From NCBI GenBank assembly GCA_951406725.2, contig OX597817.1, forward strand, positions 79,298,001-79,362,000: 64,000 nucleotides of DNA, written 5' to 3'. Below the pieces are notes generated by a model, which saw only the letters and a list, made by a program, of their open reading frames with translations, ran no database searches and was not told the DNA's origin. Both the position numbers and the translations under genes were made by a program. The stretch is from Octopus vulgaris (Eukaryota). Positions 30,969 through 46,114 of the stretch are shown here, one piece after another (the stretch's first letter is position 1; each line of letters starts with the position of its first letter).

Positions 30969-32889
30969 CATTATTATTATCATCATCATCATTATTATTA
31001 TTGTTATGCATTTGCAATATTAATTTTTGTTTTAGTTTTGTTCTTTTACTCCCAAGGTTAAAAAGACTTAATAATCTTTTTCACATCTTATTCAACAGAT
31101 TAGGTTTTGTAGCTCTCTCTAGCTTTCTTCCTTTCTCTCTCTATCTCTCTCTCTCTCTCTCTTTCTTTCTCTTTCTCTCTTATAGCTGTTCACAGCTATA
31201 TACCTAACATGGCTTTGCTTCTGGTAAACATCCAATCATTTCACACCTCACTTGAAACTATGCTGGCTGTTTGCCACAATCATATTCTTCTCTACTATCA
31301 TCGCAAATCTGATACCACCCAGTTTGCTCATACTGTTCACATATATGGCTATTTAGCCTTCTATCTTTTCATTTTAAATGATGACCACATGGTTGTAATC
31401 ACCTCAAGAAAAGAAATATCTTCGTTCCAGCTAATTGCCTAAAGAATCTTTGATATTTGCAGCATGAAAGATGCAATAAATACTATAATTCTTTAACCAT
31501 ATTCTACAACTTCCAAACAATAGATACTATTGTGCTTTCACTATATTTTACTATCTATTCCCAAACAATTCCCAGGCAATTTCTATGTAATATTTGTTTG
31601 ATAGCACATTATGCTTATCTAATCATATTAATAAAATTAATAAAATTATCGTTGTTATTTTTGCTGATAAGGTGGTAAGCTGACAGAATCATTAGCACAC
31701 TGGACAAAATGCTTACCGGCATTTTGTCAGTCTTTACGTTCTGAGTTCAAATTCCACAGATGTCAACTTTACCTTTCATCCTTTTGGGGTTGACAAATTA
31801 GCTACTAGTGAAACACTGGGGTCAATTTAATCGACTAGTCCCTTCCCCTAAATTTCAGGCCTTGCACCTATTGTGGAAAGGGTTATTACTAATGGTGGTG
31901 GTAGCGGTTGTGGCAGTGGTGGTGGTGATGGTGGTGGTGGTGGTGGTGGTGGTGAGCTGACGAATTCATTAGAATATCAGACAAAATAAAAAGAAAAAAG
32001 ATCCTTCCCAACTCATACAGCCAGTTTCCCAGTTTCTGGGGTGGATATATTCCCCACGGGACAGGATGCTGGTCCTTTACAAAGTTACTCATTTTGCCAG
32101 CTAAGTGAATAACAGCAATGTAAAATAAAGTGTTTTGCTCATGAACAAAATGCACTACCTGACCCAAGATTAGAAACCACAATCTTATGATCATTAATCC
32201 AGCACCCTTGCCACTAAGTGATGTGCTTCCAATATCAGACCAAATGTTTAGCAGCATTTCATTTGTCTCTATGTTCTAAGTTCAATTCCACCATAAGCAT
32301 CTTTGCCTTTTACCTTTTTGGGGTGATGCAATGGGGTCGAGGAATCAACTTGCCTCCCCTGCTACACACACACACCTCCACTAAATGGCTTGCCTTGTGC
32401 CAAAATTTTAAATCATTATTATAGTGGTTGTTGTTTATATTGTTATTGTTGTTGTTTATATTGTTATTGTTGTTGTTCTCGAAGGCAGTAATCTGACAGA
32501 ATCGTTAGCATATCAGACAAAATGCTTAGTAGAATTTGTTTTGGCTCCTTTAAATGTTTAGCTCAAATTCTTCCTAAGTAACGTTGCCTTTCATCTGTTC
32601 AGGGACAGTAGAATAAAGTACCAGTAAAGTCCCACAGTTAATGTAATTGAGTAACCCACGAACCCTTTCAACCTTTAAATTGCAAGCCTTGTTCCATGAT
32701 TTGAAACCGTTATCATTATTATCAATACAGTGAGCTAGCACAATTGTTAGCACAGTGGGTGAAATGCTTTGTGGTATTTTATCCATTCTTACGTTCTGAG
32801 TTCAAATTCCAGCAAGGTTGACTTTGCCATTCACCCTTTCATGGTCAATTAAATAAGTACCAGTTCAAATAGTCCACATTTTTTCAATT

Positions 32890-33345
32890 TCACCTTTTAG
32901 CAGTCGGTATTTTTCAATCTTTTCTAGTTCTTTGTCACTTATGTGTGCATCCCCACGTATTGCAATATCTACAATCTTGGTTTCCTATCTTCTTTATCTA
33001 CCACAACAATATCTGGTTTCTGAGCCTTGATTGGGGAGTCACATTTGATTGTAAAAGCCAGCAGTATCTTATATTCCTTGTTCTCAGTGACTCCTTTTTG
33101 TTCATGTTCATACCATTTCCATGCTCTGTCCAGGCTGTGCTTTCCACATAAGCTCCAGTAGATGAACTTAGCCATGTTATTGTGCCTCCTTTTGTAGTGC
33201 TTTTGGGTTAGATTGCTATACTCACTCACAATATGTGAGATTCTTTCATTTCTGCTGACATACATCCTACAAAGGGGTGACTCACTACTCTCCTCTATTT
33301 GGAACTTGGTGTAATTAGCTGTCAGAGATTGTTCTTGAGCACTGT
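32890..33345 (-). mobile_element. R4/Dong-clade non-LTR retrotransposon fragment (zinc knuckle + restriction-like endonuclease)
   Basis: QEQSL..CRM..E.ISHIVSE..YKRRHNN..WYEH..KPDIVVVDK. Confidence 0.85.
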
Positions 33346-33548
33346 ATGTCAATGCCTCAGGGCATCCTTTCAGTTCAGTTTTTATTAGCCTCAGGGCATC
33401 CTTTCAGATCATTTTTCTTAGCATCAGGGTATCCTTTCAGATCATTTTACTTTACTATGTTCAAATGTGGATCTTGTCTTTACCCTCATTATTATTGTTG
33501 TTGTTGTTGTTATTATCATTGTTGTTGTTGTTGGTATTGTTGTTGTCG

Positions 33549-33603
<55 letters not shown>

Positions 33604-33610
33604 CATTATT

Positions 33611-34970
33611 GAATGAGAGAGCAGTGCATGCCATCAAAGTGACACTGGGGTGAAATATATGAAGCCCAGTCATGTTTATTGTTTTCCTGAAAATCTCAGA
33701 TATGTTAGCGATGAAAAAAGTGAATGATTCCATCAAGATATCAAGGAGATGGAAACTCAGTACCAAGGATGCTGTGATGATGGCAGACTATTGCTGGTGT
33801 TTAAAACAAGATACTCCTGTCACTCAACATTCACAGTGTACACAAAGAAGCGTAAATTTATTCTTTGAATTTTCTGCCAAAAATCTTTGCCAATATACAT
33901 TTTCAAATTTAAATTTGTATTTGTGCTTTGTTTGTTTTTTGTTTTTTTGTGTTTTGTTAATATTATATGCCTCTTGTATGAATAAAATACTTACTATGTC
34001 ATATCTAGTCAGAAAACTAAACCTGATAGAGAAAATCTGAAGTTATTTTATAAAATTAGCAGGCAAAATCACTTAAGAATTCGTTGAAATATTCCAGGCA
34101 CCAGACAAAGAAATTTTTTTGTTGGTCAGTGTTGTTGTTATTGTTGTTGTTGTTGTTGTTGTTGCTGTTATTGAGTGAGAGAGCCATGACTGCCATCAAA
34201 AGGACACTGGAATGAAATATATGATGCCCAATGTACCCATCATGACTACCCATCTGATAAGGGTACACCAGGCACATGCATCACAACCATACATGTGGAA
34301 CATAGTGATATCAAGATAAACAGTGCATGGAGTTGCAGGTGAAGCCTATTCCACTCAAAAGGTCCCTGAATAAGGGTTGTTTGAGGATGTAGATTGAAAC
34401 ATCCATGTTCCCAAAGGGGAATTATCCAAACTCTAAAGAATTCCTCTCAACACATGACTATGATACTCCTCCACTACTTCTGATCGTGATCAGAGATGCA
34501 CATATCATCAGCCACTAAGGGTCATGCTCAACCAGTTATGGTCAAACGAGTGACAAGCAAATCTGTGGTACTGAGTACAATATTTGCTGTAGTCTATCTT
34601 TTATACTAAGACAAAACAATTTATATGATAACACTTCCAATCAGACGTCATGAGAGCCACTACCTGGAGCTGCATAAAGGCTTTTATTATTATTATTGAG
34701 TGAGAGAGCAGTGCATACCATCAAAGTGTCACTGGGGTAAAATATACGAAACCCAGTATACCCATCATGACTACCTGTCTGATAAGGGTACACTAGACAC
34801 ATGAATCACAACCATATGTGCATGACATGGTGATCTCATATCAAAATTAACATCACATGACCTTGCAGGTGGAGCCCAGTCAGAATTCTCTTCTGGTCGA
34901 GTAACCCATCCTGATCAAAAGGTCCTTGAGTAGGTATTGTTTAAGGATGTTGAATGAAACACCCATACTT
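33611..34970. repeat. Three copies or fragments of a (TAA)n-associated interspersed repeat
   Basis: ga(g/a)tgagagagc..tgccatcaaa..acactgg..aaatatat starts at about 33611, 34172 and 34698, each directly after TTA/TTG repeats. Confidence 0.7.
33690..33830 (+). pseudogene. DNA transposase C-terminal fragment (Sola-like; superfamily uncertain)
   Basis: VSDEKSE*FHQDIKEMETQYQG then a frameshift to MMADYCWCLKQD. Confidence 0.6.
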
Positions 34971-36187
34971 TTACTTATTCTTGTCCAATTACAAGTGGTG
35001 ACTGAGTTAGTTTAAAGTAGTTTCAAGTTTATAATCCTTTATTAGGAAAAAAAAGTTTCAAGCACATATTTGAAATTGCAGAAGCATTTAACCCACAAAA
35101 CATTTAATCTTCATATTTTAGAAGAAAAGATTCAGAATGGTTAAAAATAAAATAAACAGAGTAAATATAAAATAAAAAATATATTATTATATTTGGGAAG
35201 AGTCGTAACTGGTAAAACCCATAATCACACTCATCAGTTGTTGCTTGTCTATATTTCACTTTTCCTCCCTTTACAAAGCAATTGATGCTTGTTTATGTTT
35301 CCTAAAATAGGTTTTATTATACCAATCTGTAGGTTTCTTCATGGGTATACATGTTTTATTTTTGAATACTTCGTTTTTCAGTTTACAACTGACTTTTGCT
35401 TTGAAAACAAAAGGAAAATATAATCAAGAAACAACTGGAAAGTATGTTTATAGTCTCTATAAATCATAAAAGATTCTTCTAAAATATAACAATATTAGTC
35501 TCAACACATGACATCAGATGAAAATTCTTGTGAAACAAACATTAAACTGAAAAATATATTCCCTATATTAGTTAGATTAACTGGTACTATATTTACTACA
35601 TCCACAATGCAGATTCCTGAATAGCTGAACAGAATGACAATGAAATATTAATAACTATTAATTTCAATAATGAAATATCAAAATACAATGGGCGAAATAA
35701 GAGTTACCTGTTATATTTTCGGAAAGGAATATATACACTTCAGAAACTTGGGCAAAAAATCCCCCACATGACTTTGGTACTAATTTCTATATATTAGGAT
35801 GATATTCTGTGATATTTTGATCAACATGTGCATTTGTGTGTGTGTGTGTTAATAAGTATATATCTATATCTTCCAGCCTATGTATCCATGTATCTAACTA
35901 CACACACACAAGGGAAGTCACATGGCGTTAGTGGCAAAGATATTCAGCTCATGAGAGTAAAGTCATGAGTCCAATTCACAGAGACATAGTGTGTCCAAGA
36001 GCAAGACACTTTATTTCATGTTGCTCCAGTCAACCTAGGTGGCAAATTTCCCTGAGAACTACATTAAGGGTGGGCATGTCTGTGTAGTTTTCATCCACTT
36101 GCATGTTAATTTCATTGATTGAATCAACAGGAAAACTCATCATTGTAACCAACTGATTGCCAGATTTATGTATATATATACACATAT

Positions 36188-36221
<34 letters not shown>

Positions 36222-36667
36222 GATGGGCTCCATTCAGTTTCTGTCTACCAAATCCTCTCACAAGACTTTGGTCAAGCCAAAGCTATAGTAGAAGACACTT
36301 GCCCAAGGTGCCTTGCAGTGGGACTGAACCCAGAACCGTGTGCTTGGAAAGTAAGCTTCTTACAATACAGCCACTCCTGCACCTATGTATATGTGTGTGG
36401 TATGTGTGTGAGTGTATTTCAAATTAAATCTAATGCAAGGAAAATAAAGATGAAAACATCCAGTCTTTCACTGGCTCCACTGTTAACACTCAATTTTGTA
36501 GAGAAAAGCCTAATAATTCGCATGGGTTTATATTAAATTTATAAAAATGAATAGAAAATGGACATATACAATTGTCAACTCAAAAATTAAAATTTATTAA
36601 CATAATATAATATCATGTTAATAAATTTTAATGTTTGAATTGACATGATATATATATATACATATAT

Positions 36668-36895
36668 ACGGCGAGCTGGCAGAAATGTTAGCACGCCGGA
36701 CGAAATGCGTAGCCATATTTCGTCTGCCATTACGTTCTGAGTTCAAATTCCGCCGAGGTCGACTTTGCCTTTCATCCTTTCGGGGTCGATAAATTAAGTA
36801 CCAGTTGCGCACTGGGGTCGATGTAATCGACTTAATCCATTTGTCTGTCCTTGTTTGTCCTGTCTGTGTTTAGCCCCTTGTGGGTAGTAAAGAAA
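36668..36895 (+). mobile_element. tRNA-derived SINE family B, representative copy
   Basis: ggcgagctggcagaa..gagttcaaattcc (B-box-like)..gactttgcctttcatcctttcggggtcgataa. Other copies at about 4910-5122, 5765-5972, 6050-6250, 14840-15015, 15262-15470, 19320-19522, 20710-20913, 26005-26175-, 31668-31885, 32480-32710, 42155-42370, 43640-43850-, 46735-46912-, 56190-56400. Confidence 0.85.
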
Positions 36896-36920
36896 TATAT
36901 ATATATATATATACATATAT

Positions 36921-38250
36921 ACTAGCAGAAATACCCGGTGTTGCCTGGGTTAAAGAAAATAATGATGAAATTTATAAAAACCATCTAGATTATGCAGGTC
37001 TCAAGTTCAAGTAGCTGAGATAACAACTTTCTACATAACTCTACATCTCATACTGACATGGAACATAGACATTAAGTGAAATGTGAAAAGAAAGTTTTCA
37101 ACTCATATATGTATATAAGGTAAATACACATTTGTCTAACTTATTTTGTAACCAAAAAACAGGTACAGATTATAAACAATGAAAAGCTGTGCGTAGAGTA
37201 CACACACACAAACAGACATCGAATATATTACAATATTGTTTCACTTTTATACACACAGATATACATTCACGCATGCCACTCGAAAAGTGAAAACATAATA
37301 GTAATACCTTAACACTCAATGGTTTTACACTTCTGTATATGACATGGTCCTACTATTCATGTAAGTGCTTCTTCATATACTGTGTTTTCTTTCTTGCCAT
37401 GTTTATCACTGAGAATGTAGAGGTTCTTTTCATCTCCAACACAAGAACATCCAACATACAGCTGACCATGTGAGAAGCAAGGTTGAAGGAGCTTAAGTCC
37501 CACCACCTTTTCAGATTGACCTTGTGCTTTGTTGATAAACATTGCAAAGCTGAGTTTGACAGGAAACTGCAGTCTCTTAAACTGAAAGGGGAGATCATTT
37601 GAGATGAGAGGTATCCTTGGAATGAAGACATTCTCACACATCATGTTGCTATGATGGAGAAGAGGTTTCTCAGCTGCATAGGTTACTGCCACATTTGTGC
37701 CTCTGTCAGAGTGGCATCCCAGTGTGCATCATCTTCTAGAAGATCTGTGAGATGGCAAGCCTGGTGATATGTTAGACATACTGTGTCGTCAAACATATGT
37801 AAGGTTGTAAATGATGTGGGTCCCTTGACATGGTGTAATAGAAGCCTTAGATAGTAGCACTCTGAGTAGTTGGAATGGATAACAAAGACTCAACCAAGTC
37901 TGTCTGATTACTTGATTCCCAGAATGTGTGTGGGTGCTCCAAGTGCACGTCTTTTCCAGTTGTTTTGGTGCCAGGTATAGAATTGTGGAACTTCATTGTA
38001 TAGCAGTCTTGTAGCAAATTCATCTTGAGATAGCTTGCAGAATCCTGTAAGTGTGGTATTTTTGGGAGCTTCCATTTGTAGTTGGACTGCGTCAGTCCTC
38101 AACAGCTTCACATAGTCATGTAAAATGAGTCTAAGGCCTTGTTCAGAGATGTGAGGGTGAAAGAATCCTGACATGTCAACAACCAGAATGCCTATTGTGA
38201 CCCTTCCTGCTGGCCACAGTTTCATAGAGTCCATTGCTTCAGTCCATGTC
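36921..38250 (-). mobile_element. Helitron remnant (Rep region + Pif1 helicase C-terminus + 3' hairpin/CTAG)
   Basis: 37357-37692 gives FKRLQFPVKLSFAMFINKAQGQS..FSHGQLYVG; 37700-38100 gives LLYNEVPQFYTW, YYLRLLLHHVKGPTSF and LLEDDAHW; 3' end cccaggcaacaccggg..CTAGT at 36921. Confidence 0.92.
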
Positions 38251-38530
38251 ACGTCTTACAGCCTCTACAGTGTTCACAGAGCAGTTTGATAGTTGGCATG
38301 AATTGTCATTAAACAAATACAAATAACATTTTTCCAGCATTCATATGACTTCTAGTCCTGCATGTCAGCTAACTTTTTCTCAACTACAGTTTAAATGTTT
38401 ATACACTCCAAAATCATTGACTATTCGCTAATACTTCATGCTATTTCTCAAAAAAAAAAGGTGACATAAAAATCGCCAAATTTAGCCTCAACATTCTGTT
38501 TATTGGTATATATAAATACATACATGTATG

Positions 38531-38594
<64 letters not shown>

Positions 38595-39102
38595 CATACA
38601 TACATACTTACTTACATACACATATACACATATTAAAGATGATCAGGAAGGGCCTCAGGCTTTGCTCATAATCTTCAAGCTATATACTACTTCAGTTACA
38701 TGAAGAGTTATGAATTCTTCTTCATACATAACACCAGTGTCATATTTTTTTTCTTTATCTTCTCTTAATTTCACCTTATCATTCTACTTCTCCACCTCTC
38801 TTTCTCCTTCCATTTAATTTTCTCTCTGTCACATTCTCTATTCAACTCTCTCACTCTTATCATGTAATATATTTTATTCTTTTAATGAAATCAATTCATA
38901 AGGTAACTCACATCTATGAAAACTTGTAGGCGTTTCATAGTAGGTGTCGATGGTATGCTAACAGCTATTTTGCTTTGGTTCTACCTCAATTTTCTGCATC
39001 ACTAATTTCATATTGGATGCCTAGAAACACACACACAACTACAATAATAAAAAGCTGTGTATGAGCATGTGTATATGTATACATATATATATATATACAT
39101 AC

Positions 39103-39139
<37 letters not shown>

Positions 39140-39472
39140 CACATACATATTTTTAGATATATACATTTACATATGCTCAAACATATTTATATGCATAAAT
39201 ACACATATGTATTTATGTATGTATACACATGTATACATATGTAAACATATATATATTATATATATATATATATATATATTTACCTGTGTATATATACATA
39301 CATATGCGTATTTATGCATATGAATATGTTTGCGCATATGTAAATGTATATATCTAAAAATATGTATGTGCATATACAAACATGCACACATACACACACA
39401 CACACACACACACATATAGTTACTTATATATATATGTGTGTGTATGTGTGTGTATATATAATTGTGTGTGTG

Positions 39473-39511
<39 letters not shown>

Positions 39512-39910
39512 CTGTATACATACACATATATCTATATGAATGTATGAGTGTCTATGAATGTGCATGTGTGTGTGTATGTGTATATATATATATATACAAG
39601 TGTGTCTGCATAGAACTTTGAGGGTGTTGCATAGAAGGATTGATCTTAATTATCTGTTCCTCTCAGGCTACCAAATTTGTCAGCAGCTTTGATTAGCCTT
39701 CTTCATTCCTCGCTTCCATTACTATTACTCCTATCTATGATGACAAGACAGATAACCAAATTAATTTGCAGTTATAGAAATGGTGGTAGGTGCCAAGATA
39801 CACGTCATGCCGATAAATACTCATGGTTACCATATCGGTTATTTGTTTTGAATTCTACAAATTAGACACACACATTCACACACACATACATGCATATGTT
39901 TGCATGTATG

Positions 39911-39947
<37 letters not shown>

Positions 39948-40544
39948 TTTATTTGTTGGGTAACTAGACTACCATTGGTTTCATGTTGGGTAAGATATCT
40001 TTCAGCAACTATTCAAGACTATACCTTGAGACGTTGATATTTATCACCATCTTGGATAGAAACACAATAAAGAATATTTATCCACCAATGCAGTGTTGAA
40101 TACTCATTCATTAAAGTACACACACACACACACATACACACAGACACATATACATACCTAATAATATAAATAATATATATATGCATATATACTCTTTACT
40201 CTCTTTTGCTTGTTTCAGTCATTTGACTGCAGCTATGCTGGAGCACCACCTTTAATCGAGCAACTCGACCCCGGGACTTATTCTTTTGTAAGCCCAGTAC
40301 TTATTCTATCGGTCTCTTTTGCCGAACCGCTAAGTTACGGGGACATAAACACACCAGCATCAGTTGCCAAGCAATGCTAGGGGGACAAACACAGACACAC
40401 AAACACACACATGCATATATATATATATACATATATACGACGGGCTTCTTTCAGTTTCCATCTACCAAATCCACTCACAAGGCTTTGGTTGGCCTGAGGC
40501 TATAGTAGAAGACACAGCCACTCCTGTGCCTATATATGGGACGT

Positions 40545-41135
40545 CACCAACTGTGTATACAACAAGAAGTACAAAAACAAACGAGTTAAATATGCAAACA
40601 ACGAGAGAAACAAATGGAAATCAGCACAAGTAACGTGGAGAATGACCCTTCATCACTTGTTGGCAGTCAATCTACTTCTCATTGTGTCATTAATGACAAT
40701 ATGAGTCTTTGAAGACAGTTGCTCCCATAAATACCAAAATAAAATTTGGGATTTATGGAGGGTCAAAATTGGGAACAAAAACAGGACAGTGGAGACAGGC
40801 AAGGAAACCGAATAAAAACAAACATGGAGGATCGCTGGACCAGAATGAGAGGAAAACAGTGAACACTGGGAGAAATATTTTCTTTGAAAAGAGAAAAACA
40901 AGAAAGAGATAGATACAAATAGAAGAGAGAGAGAGAGAGGAGACGTCCAGTCCTTAGGATGTTGTGCAGGAAAAAACAGATGGTCACATGAGGAAAAGAA
41001 AGATGGACGGTGGCCATGTGTGAGCAATGAGAGAGAGAAAAAGAGAAAGGATGAGAGAGAGACAGACAGACAGATAGAAAATGGTGAAGGGGAAAAAAGG
41101 GAATTAGAGATGGATGAGAGAGAAAACAGGTCAGA
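40545..41135 (-). mobile_element. Probable PLE 3' UTR/pLTR fragment with decayed hammerhead
   Basis: Minus strand is pyrimidine-rich like the 53470-54445 UTR and contains acaag-TGATGA-agggtcattctcc-ACGT-ta-cttgt (40626-40660). Confidence 0.45.
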
Positions 41136-41137
41136 GC

Positions 41138-41330
41138 AGTTAGTTAGTAAGTTAGTTAATTTTTTGGCTCAAAAAGCAAAAAGCAAGGCCATGTAGGGGG
41201 ACATGGAGTTATGTACAGAGCGGTCGTCGGCATCTTCACCATCTCGTCTGGCAGCTTATTCCACGGATCCGCTACCGGGACGGAGAAAGCCCCTTTCCTT
41301 CAATTGAGATGACATCATCGCAGATAGAGC
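41138..41330 (-). mobile_element. CR1/L2-type LINE 3' fragment
   Basis: FSVPVADPWNKLPDEMV motif, short UTR and (TAAC)n tail. Confidence 0.75.
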
Positions 41331-42799
41331 ACATCAAAAAGGTTAAGATAAACTTACATACATATGAATATATAGAGGCAATTAAGTGGATAAACAAACT
41401 AGATACATTAAATGTAATATATTAAGCATGACAGTTTAGGTATGAAACACAAAATATGTACACATGCGAAACGAGAAAAAGCAAAGGGTGATGACTTTCA
41501 CGTGGTGAATTTTTAAGTATAAATATATCTAAAGGTGGTGCTCCAGCATGGCTGCAGTCAAAATGACTGAAACAAGTAAAAGAGTAAAAGTAAAGATATT
41601 TATATTCCAACTTGTGCAGAATACAAATGACAGAGAAAATTAAAAGGGTGGAAGAAAGGTGTTATAAGTCCAACATGGTTGGTAGATGTAGTTCATCACA
41701 ATATGCAATTAACATTGGATATGATGAGCCTCCATTATCAGGGAGGATCGTACATTTTAATATATTTAATACATTTAAAATATTTAATGTATCTAATTGG
41801 TTTATCCGTGCAATTGCTTGTATACCCTCTCAACTTCATCCCTCTTATAGCCTTTCTTTACCTTGTGGAATCGATTCTCTGTAAAGACATTGGAGTCTAA
41901 GTTTGAATTTTTCAGTACTAAGTGTCTTCTGTACGGAGAATCTCTGGATCTTTATCTGTGGACTATATATGTATATATTCATCATCATCAACATTTAGTA
42001 TCTTCTTTTCCATGCTTGCATTGGCCAGATGGAATCCACTAAGATAGATTTTCTATGCCTAGATACCCTTGCCTGATGGAAGCCCTCAACTGTATATATT
42101 AATACATTCATACTTACATACATGCATACATATAACATTATCTTATTTGAAAACAAGGCGGCAAGCTGACAGAATCAATAGCACACTGGACAAAATGCTT
42201 AGTGGTATTTCATGTGCCACTATGTTCTGAGTTCAAATTCCACTGAGGTTGACTTTGCCTTTCATCCTTTCGGAGTTGATAAATTTAAGTACCAGTGAAA
42301 CATGGGGGTGATGTAATCAACTATCCTCCTCCCCCAAATTTCAAGTCTTGTGCCTATAATAGAAAGGATTATCATATTTGAAAACAGGCGAGTGTTGGTG
42401 ACTGGAAATGTATCCAGCCACAGAAAATTCTCCCCCAAAGTAGTATTGTCTGACCTATGCATGATGGAAAAAGCAGATGTTATGACAATGATGATGCTAT
42501 TGACAATGAAGAGGACACTACTGCAACAAAGACTGACCACTATTCATGTGCTTCTAGTTACATATAATTATATAATTTAAATGTAAATCATTATATCCAG
42601 GAGAGTACATCAGTGAAATTCCTCATATAATATTGAATTTACCCGAAAAATGTTCATTTGTGTGTTTTTTCAATGTGAATGCATACTCATTAGATATCTG
42701 ACACTGTTTGATTTTTACCTTTACTTTATGTGTATTCACTAGATACCTGACCCTCATAGTTAGATGTGAATTTACAGTGAGACAGGTTGTATTTTGTGT

Positions 42800-43633
42800 G
42801 CTTGGGAACAATCTAAAAATGGAGAGCCAAAATGAATGTTATTGACATGCTGCTTTTTTTCAAATTTAAAACAGCAAGAAAGCAATGGAAATCTCCAGGA
42901 ATACGTGTGCTGTGTATGGAGAGGATGCTATTATGGAAAATGAGTATCAAAAGTGGTTTCCCAAAATATTTATTTGGAAATTTTTCTATTCAAGATGCAT
43001 CTTACTCTGGCCAGTCATGTGAGACTAACAGTGAAACAAAACCCCATTATACAACTAAGATGATTGTAGATGTTCTCCAAATGTCCAAATCGAGTGTTGA
43101 AAACTATGTACATCGACTTGGTTACATCAGTAGGCTCAGTGTTTGGGTCCCACATTAATTGAATGCAGAAAATATGCCCAAATAAATATCCATGTTTTCC
43201 ATTTATTGGGACTCTTCCCATGAACAGGACTATCAGTTCAGATGTGTACTGTGACCACTAGACAGATTAAATGCAACGATCTACCCATGTCTGCAGATGC
43301 TGCAGACATGATGGGGCTTAACTGGGAAATTTTACCACACCCTCAATATTTAGTGGACCTTGCAGTTTCAAATTTCCCATGTTTCAGTCCCTTCGATAGT
43401 CATTGCATGTACAGACCTTCAGCTCTGAAGAGGACATAAAAATTCACCAGGAAGAGATCTTCAGCAGTAAAGACAGGAAATTCTTAGAGCAGAAAATAAT
43501 GGATCTACTCACAATGTAGCATAAGATACTGGAACTAAATGGCAATTATATCGTTGATTGAATAAATGGCTTTATTTTTAAACCTGTGTCTTATTTTATC
43601 TTAAAAAGCAAACAAACTTTTTGGCCAACCTAA
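42800..43633 (+). mobile_element. Decayed mariner transposon
   Basis: Fragments ...LGYISRLSVWVPH and WEILPHPQYLVDLAVSNF; TIR-like end ACTTTTTGGCCAACCTAATA. Confidence 0.8.
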
Positions 43634-45000
43634 TAATCTTTCTACTATAGGTACAAGGCCGGAAATTTGAGGAGATGGGACTAGCAAATCAGATCGACTC
43701 CAGCGTTTCACTGGTACTTGATTTATCGATCCCAAAAGGATGAAAAGTGAAGTTGACCTTGGTGGAATTTGAACTCAGAATGTAGTGACGGGCTGAATAC
43801 CACTAAGCATTCCATCCAGCTTGCTAACAATTCTGCCGGCTAGCCACCTTCTAACCAACTTAATAATAAATATGCTTCGATGTTTGTTCATTATCATCAT
43901 CATCATCATCATTTAACGTCCGCTTTCCATGCTAGCATGGGTTGGACGATTTGACTGAGGACTGGCGAACCAGATGGCTGCACCAGGCTCCAATCTGATC
44001 TGGCAGAGTTTCTACAGCTGGATGCCCTTCCTAACGCTAACCACTTCGAGAGTGTAGTGGGTGCTTTTACATGCCACCGGCACGAGGGCCAGTCAGGCGG
44101 TACTGGCAACGGTCACACTCAAATGGTGTTTTTTACGTGCCACCTGCACAGGAGCCAGTCCAGCGACACTGGCAATGACCTCGCTCAAATGCTTTTATGA
44201 GCAAGGTCATTGCAAGGAAATACTGCAGATATAGAAGGCTGTCAAATGATAAATGGAGAGGGATGGAATGAAACTAAGCAGGAAAAGGAAGTATTTAGTG
44301 CACTGCTTTTATTGATAAACAGAGAACAAGTAAGCAAAAGCTTGCAGCTTTACTATGAATATTTTGATAAAAGAACCTTTTAAATAATGAGAATTACATG
44401 CAAATATTTCAAAGTCTTTTTAAATATTATTTTAATGGTTTATGTAAATATGGTATCAGTATTTTTACTTAGGTTTTTATAACTATTGTTGAATTGTTTG
44501 GCACGAGTGGAAAATACATATTCTGTTAACTTTAACTGTGGAGGGATATGGAATGCATAAACTAAAATGTAAATAATTTCATTATCAAATACTTCCTTTC
44601 CTTAAACACTTCCATTATTGAATGTCAAGATTAAATGAAAATTTAATCAATAAGGATGATACGAAATCTAATCAATAACGATGAATCAAAATTTATGGAG
44701 TTAGATATATCTCAGTGATATGGGTTAAATCATTGTCAAATATTGAGTTGTCAGGAAAATTTGTTGTTTTCTTTTGTCTTAGTATTCCATTGGCATATGT
44801 CTGAAGAAAAGTATAAACTATTCAAATGTTAGGAGTGGCTGTGTGGTAAGTAGTTTGCTTACGAACTACAAGTTTCTGGGTTCAGTCCCACTATGTGGCA
44901 CCTTGGGCAAGTGTCTTCTAGTATAGCTTCGGGCTGACCAATGTCTTGTGAGTGGAATTGGTAGACAAAAACTGAAAGAAGCCCATCATATGTATATATT

Positions 45001-45052
<52 letters not shown>

Positions 45053-45398
45053 TGTTTGTCCACCCAACATCGCTTGACAACTGATGCTGTTGTGTTTATG
45101 TCCCCGTAACTTAGCGGTTCGGCAAAAGAGACCGATAGAATAAGTACTAGGCTTACAAAGAATAAGTCCTGGGGTCGATTTGCTCGACTAAAGGTGGTGC
45201 TCCAGCATGGCCACAGTCAAATGACTGAAACAAGTAAAAGAGTAACGAGTAAAGAGTAAAGAGTTAAAAAGGTAAACAAAAGAAACAAAAACCACTACAA
45301 TAAAAGTATTTTTGTATGTTATATTTTTTAAGTAACACGGGAAAGGATTAAAAAAGATGGGGAAAAAACAAACAAATTTATCTGACAAGGCATTAGAT

Positions 45399-45585
45399 CA
45401 GTGCTCTGTAACCAGTATGCCGTGGCACACTGGTGTGCCCCCAAGACAATGCTAGGTGTGTTGCAATGTAACCTGAATATAACTATTTTCCCTATATTTT
45501 TAGTTATATTTTTAGTTCACGTGTGCTGCTGAATTTTGAAAAGAATGTAAGTGTACTGCAAGTGGAAAAGGATTGCAGAGCACTG
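45399..45585. mobile_element. hAT-type MITE
   Basis: TIRs CAGTGCTCTG/CAGAGCACTG; 8-bp TSD cattagat/cattaaat. Confidence 0.85.
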
Positions 45586-46114
45586 CATTAAATCACCAAA
45601 TGTTTGACCAAATAATTGATGCCATATGAACTCAAAACTAACTTGCTTTGGAGAAAATGGTTTGCATAATAAAGGTGACAATGTGTTGTAGTATTATAAA
45701 GATACTGTACTATTTCAAAGGTATTTCTCATCAACAATATATATGCCTGTAATTAAAGAGAGAAGGTATCAATTAAGAAAGCATTAAAACAACAAAATTA
45801 TTTTATAATAAAACTAATTACGTTTTTGATTAGGCATTCAGTGTGGATATGTGGGGAGAAGTTTTGCTTCTTAATAACATTGTCTCAGGTTCGGTCCCAT
45901 TGCACAACACATTGGACAATATTCTTCTTAAACACCATCAACCTGACTACAAAGCTTTGTAAGTGGATTTGGTAAATAGAAATTGAAAGAAGTCCGTAGT
46001 AAATAATACCAAATGTAAAATGTTCTGGGGTGGATTTGTGATACTAAACCCTTTAAAACAGTACCTCAACATGTTCAATAACAACAACAACAACAACAAC
46101 AACAACAATAATAG

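Noticed and set aside
43950-43975. CTGAGGA..GAAC in family C
   Set aside because: No stem II/III or NUH geometry.
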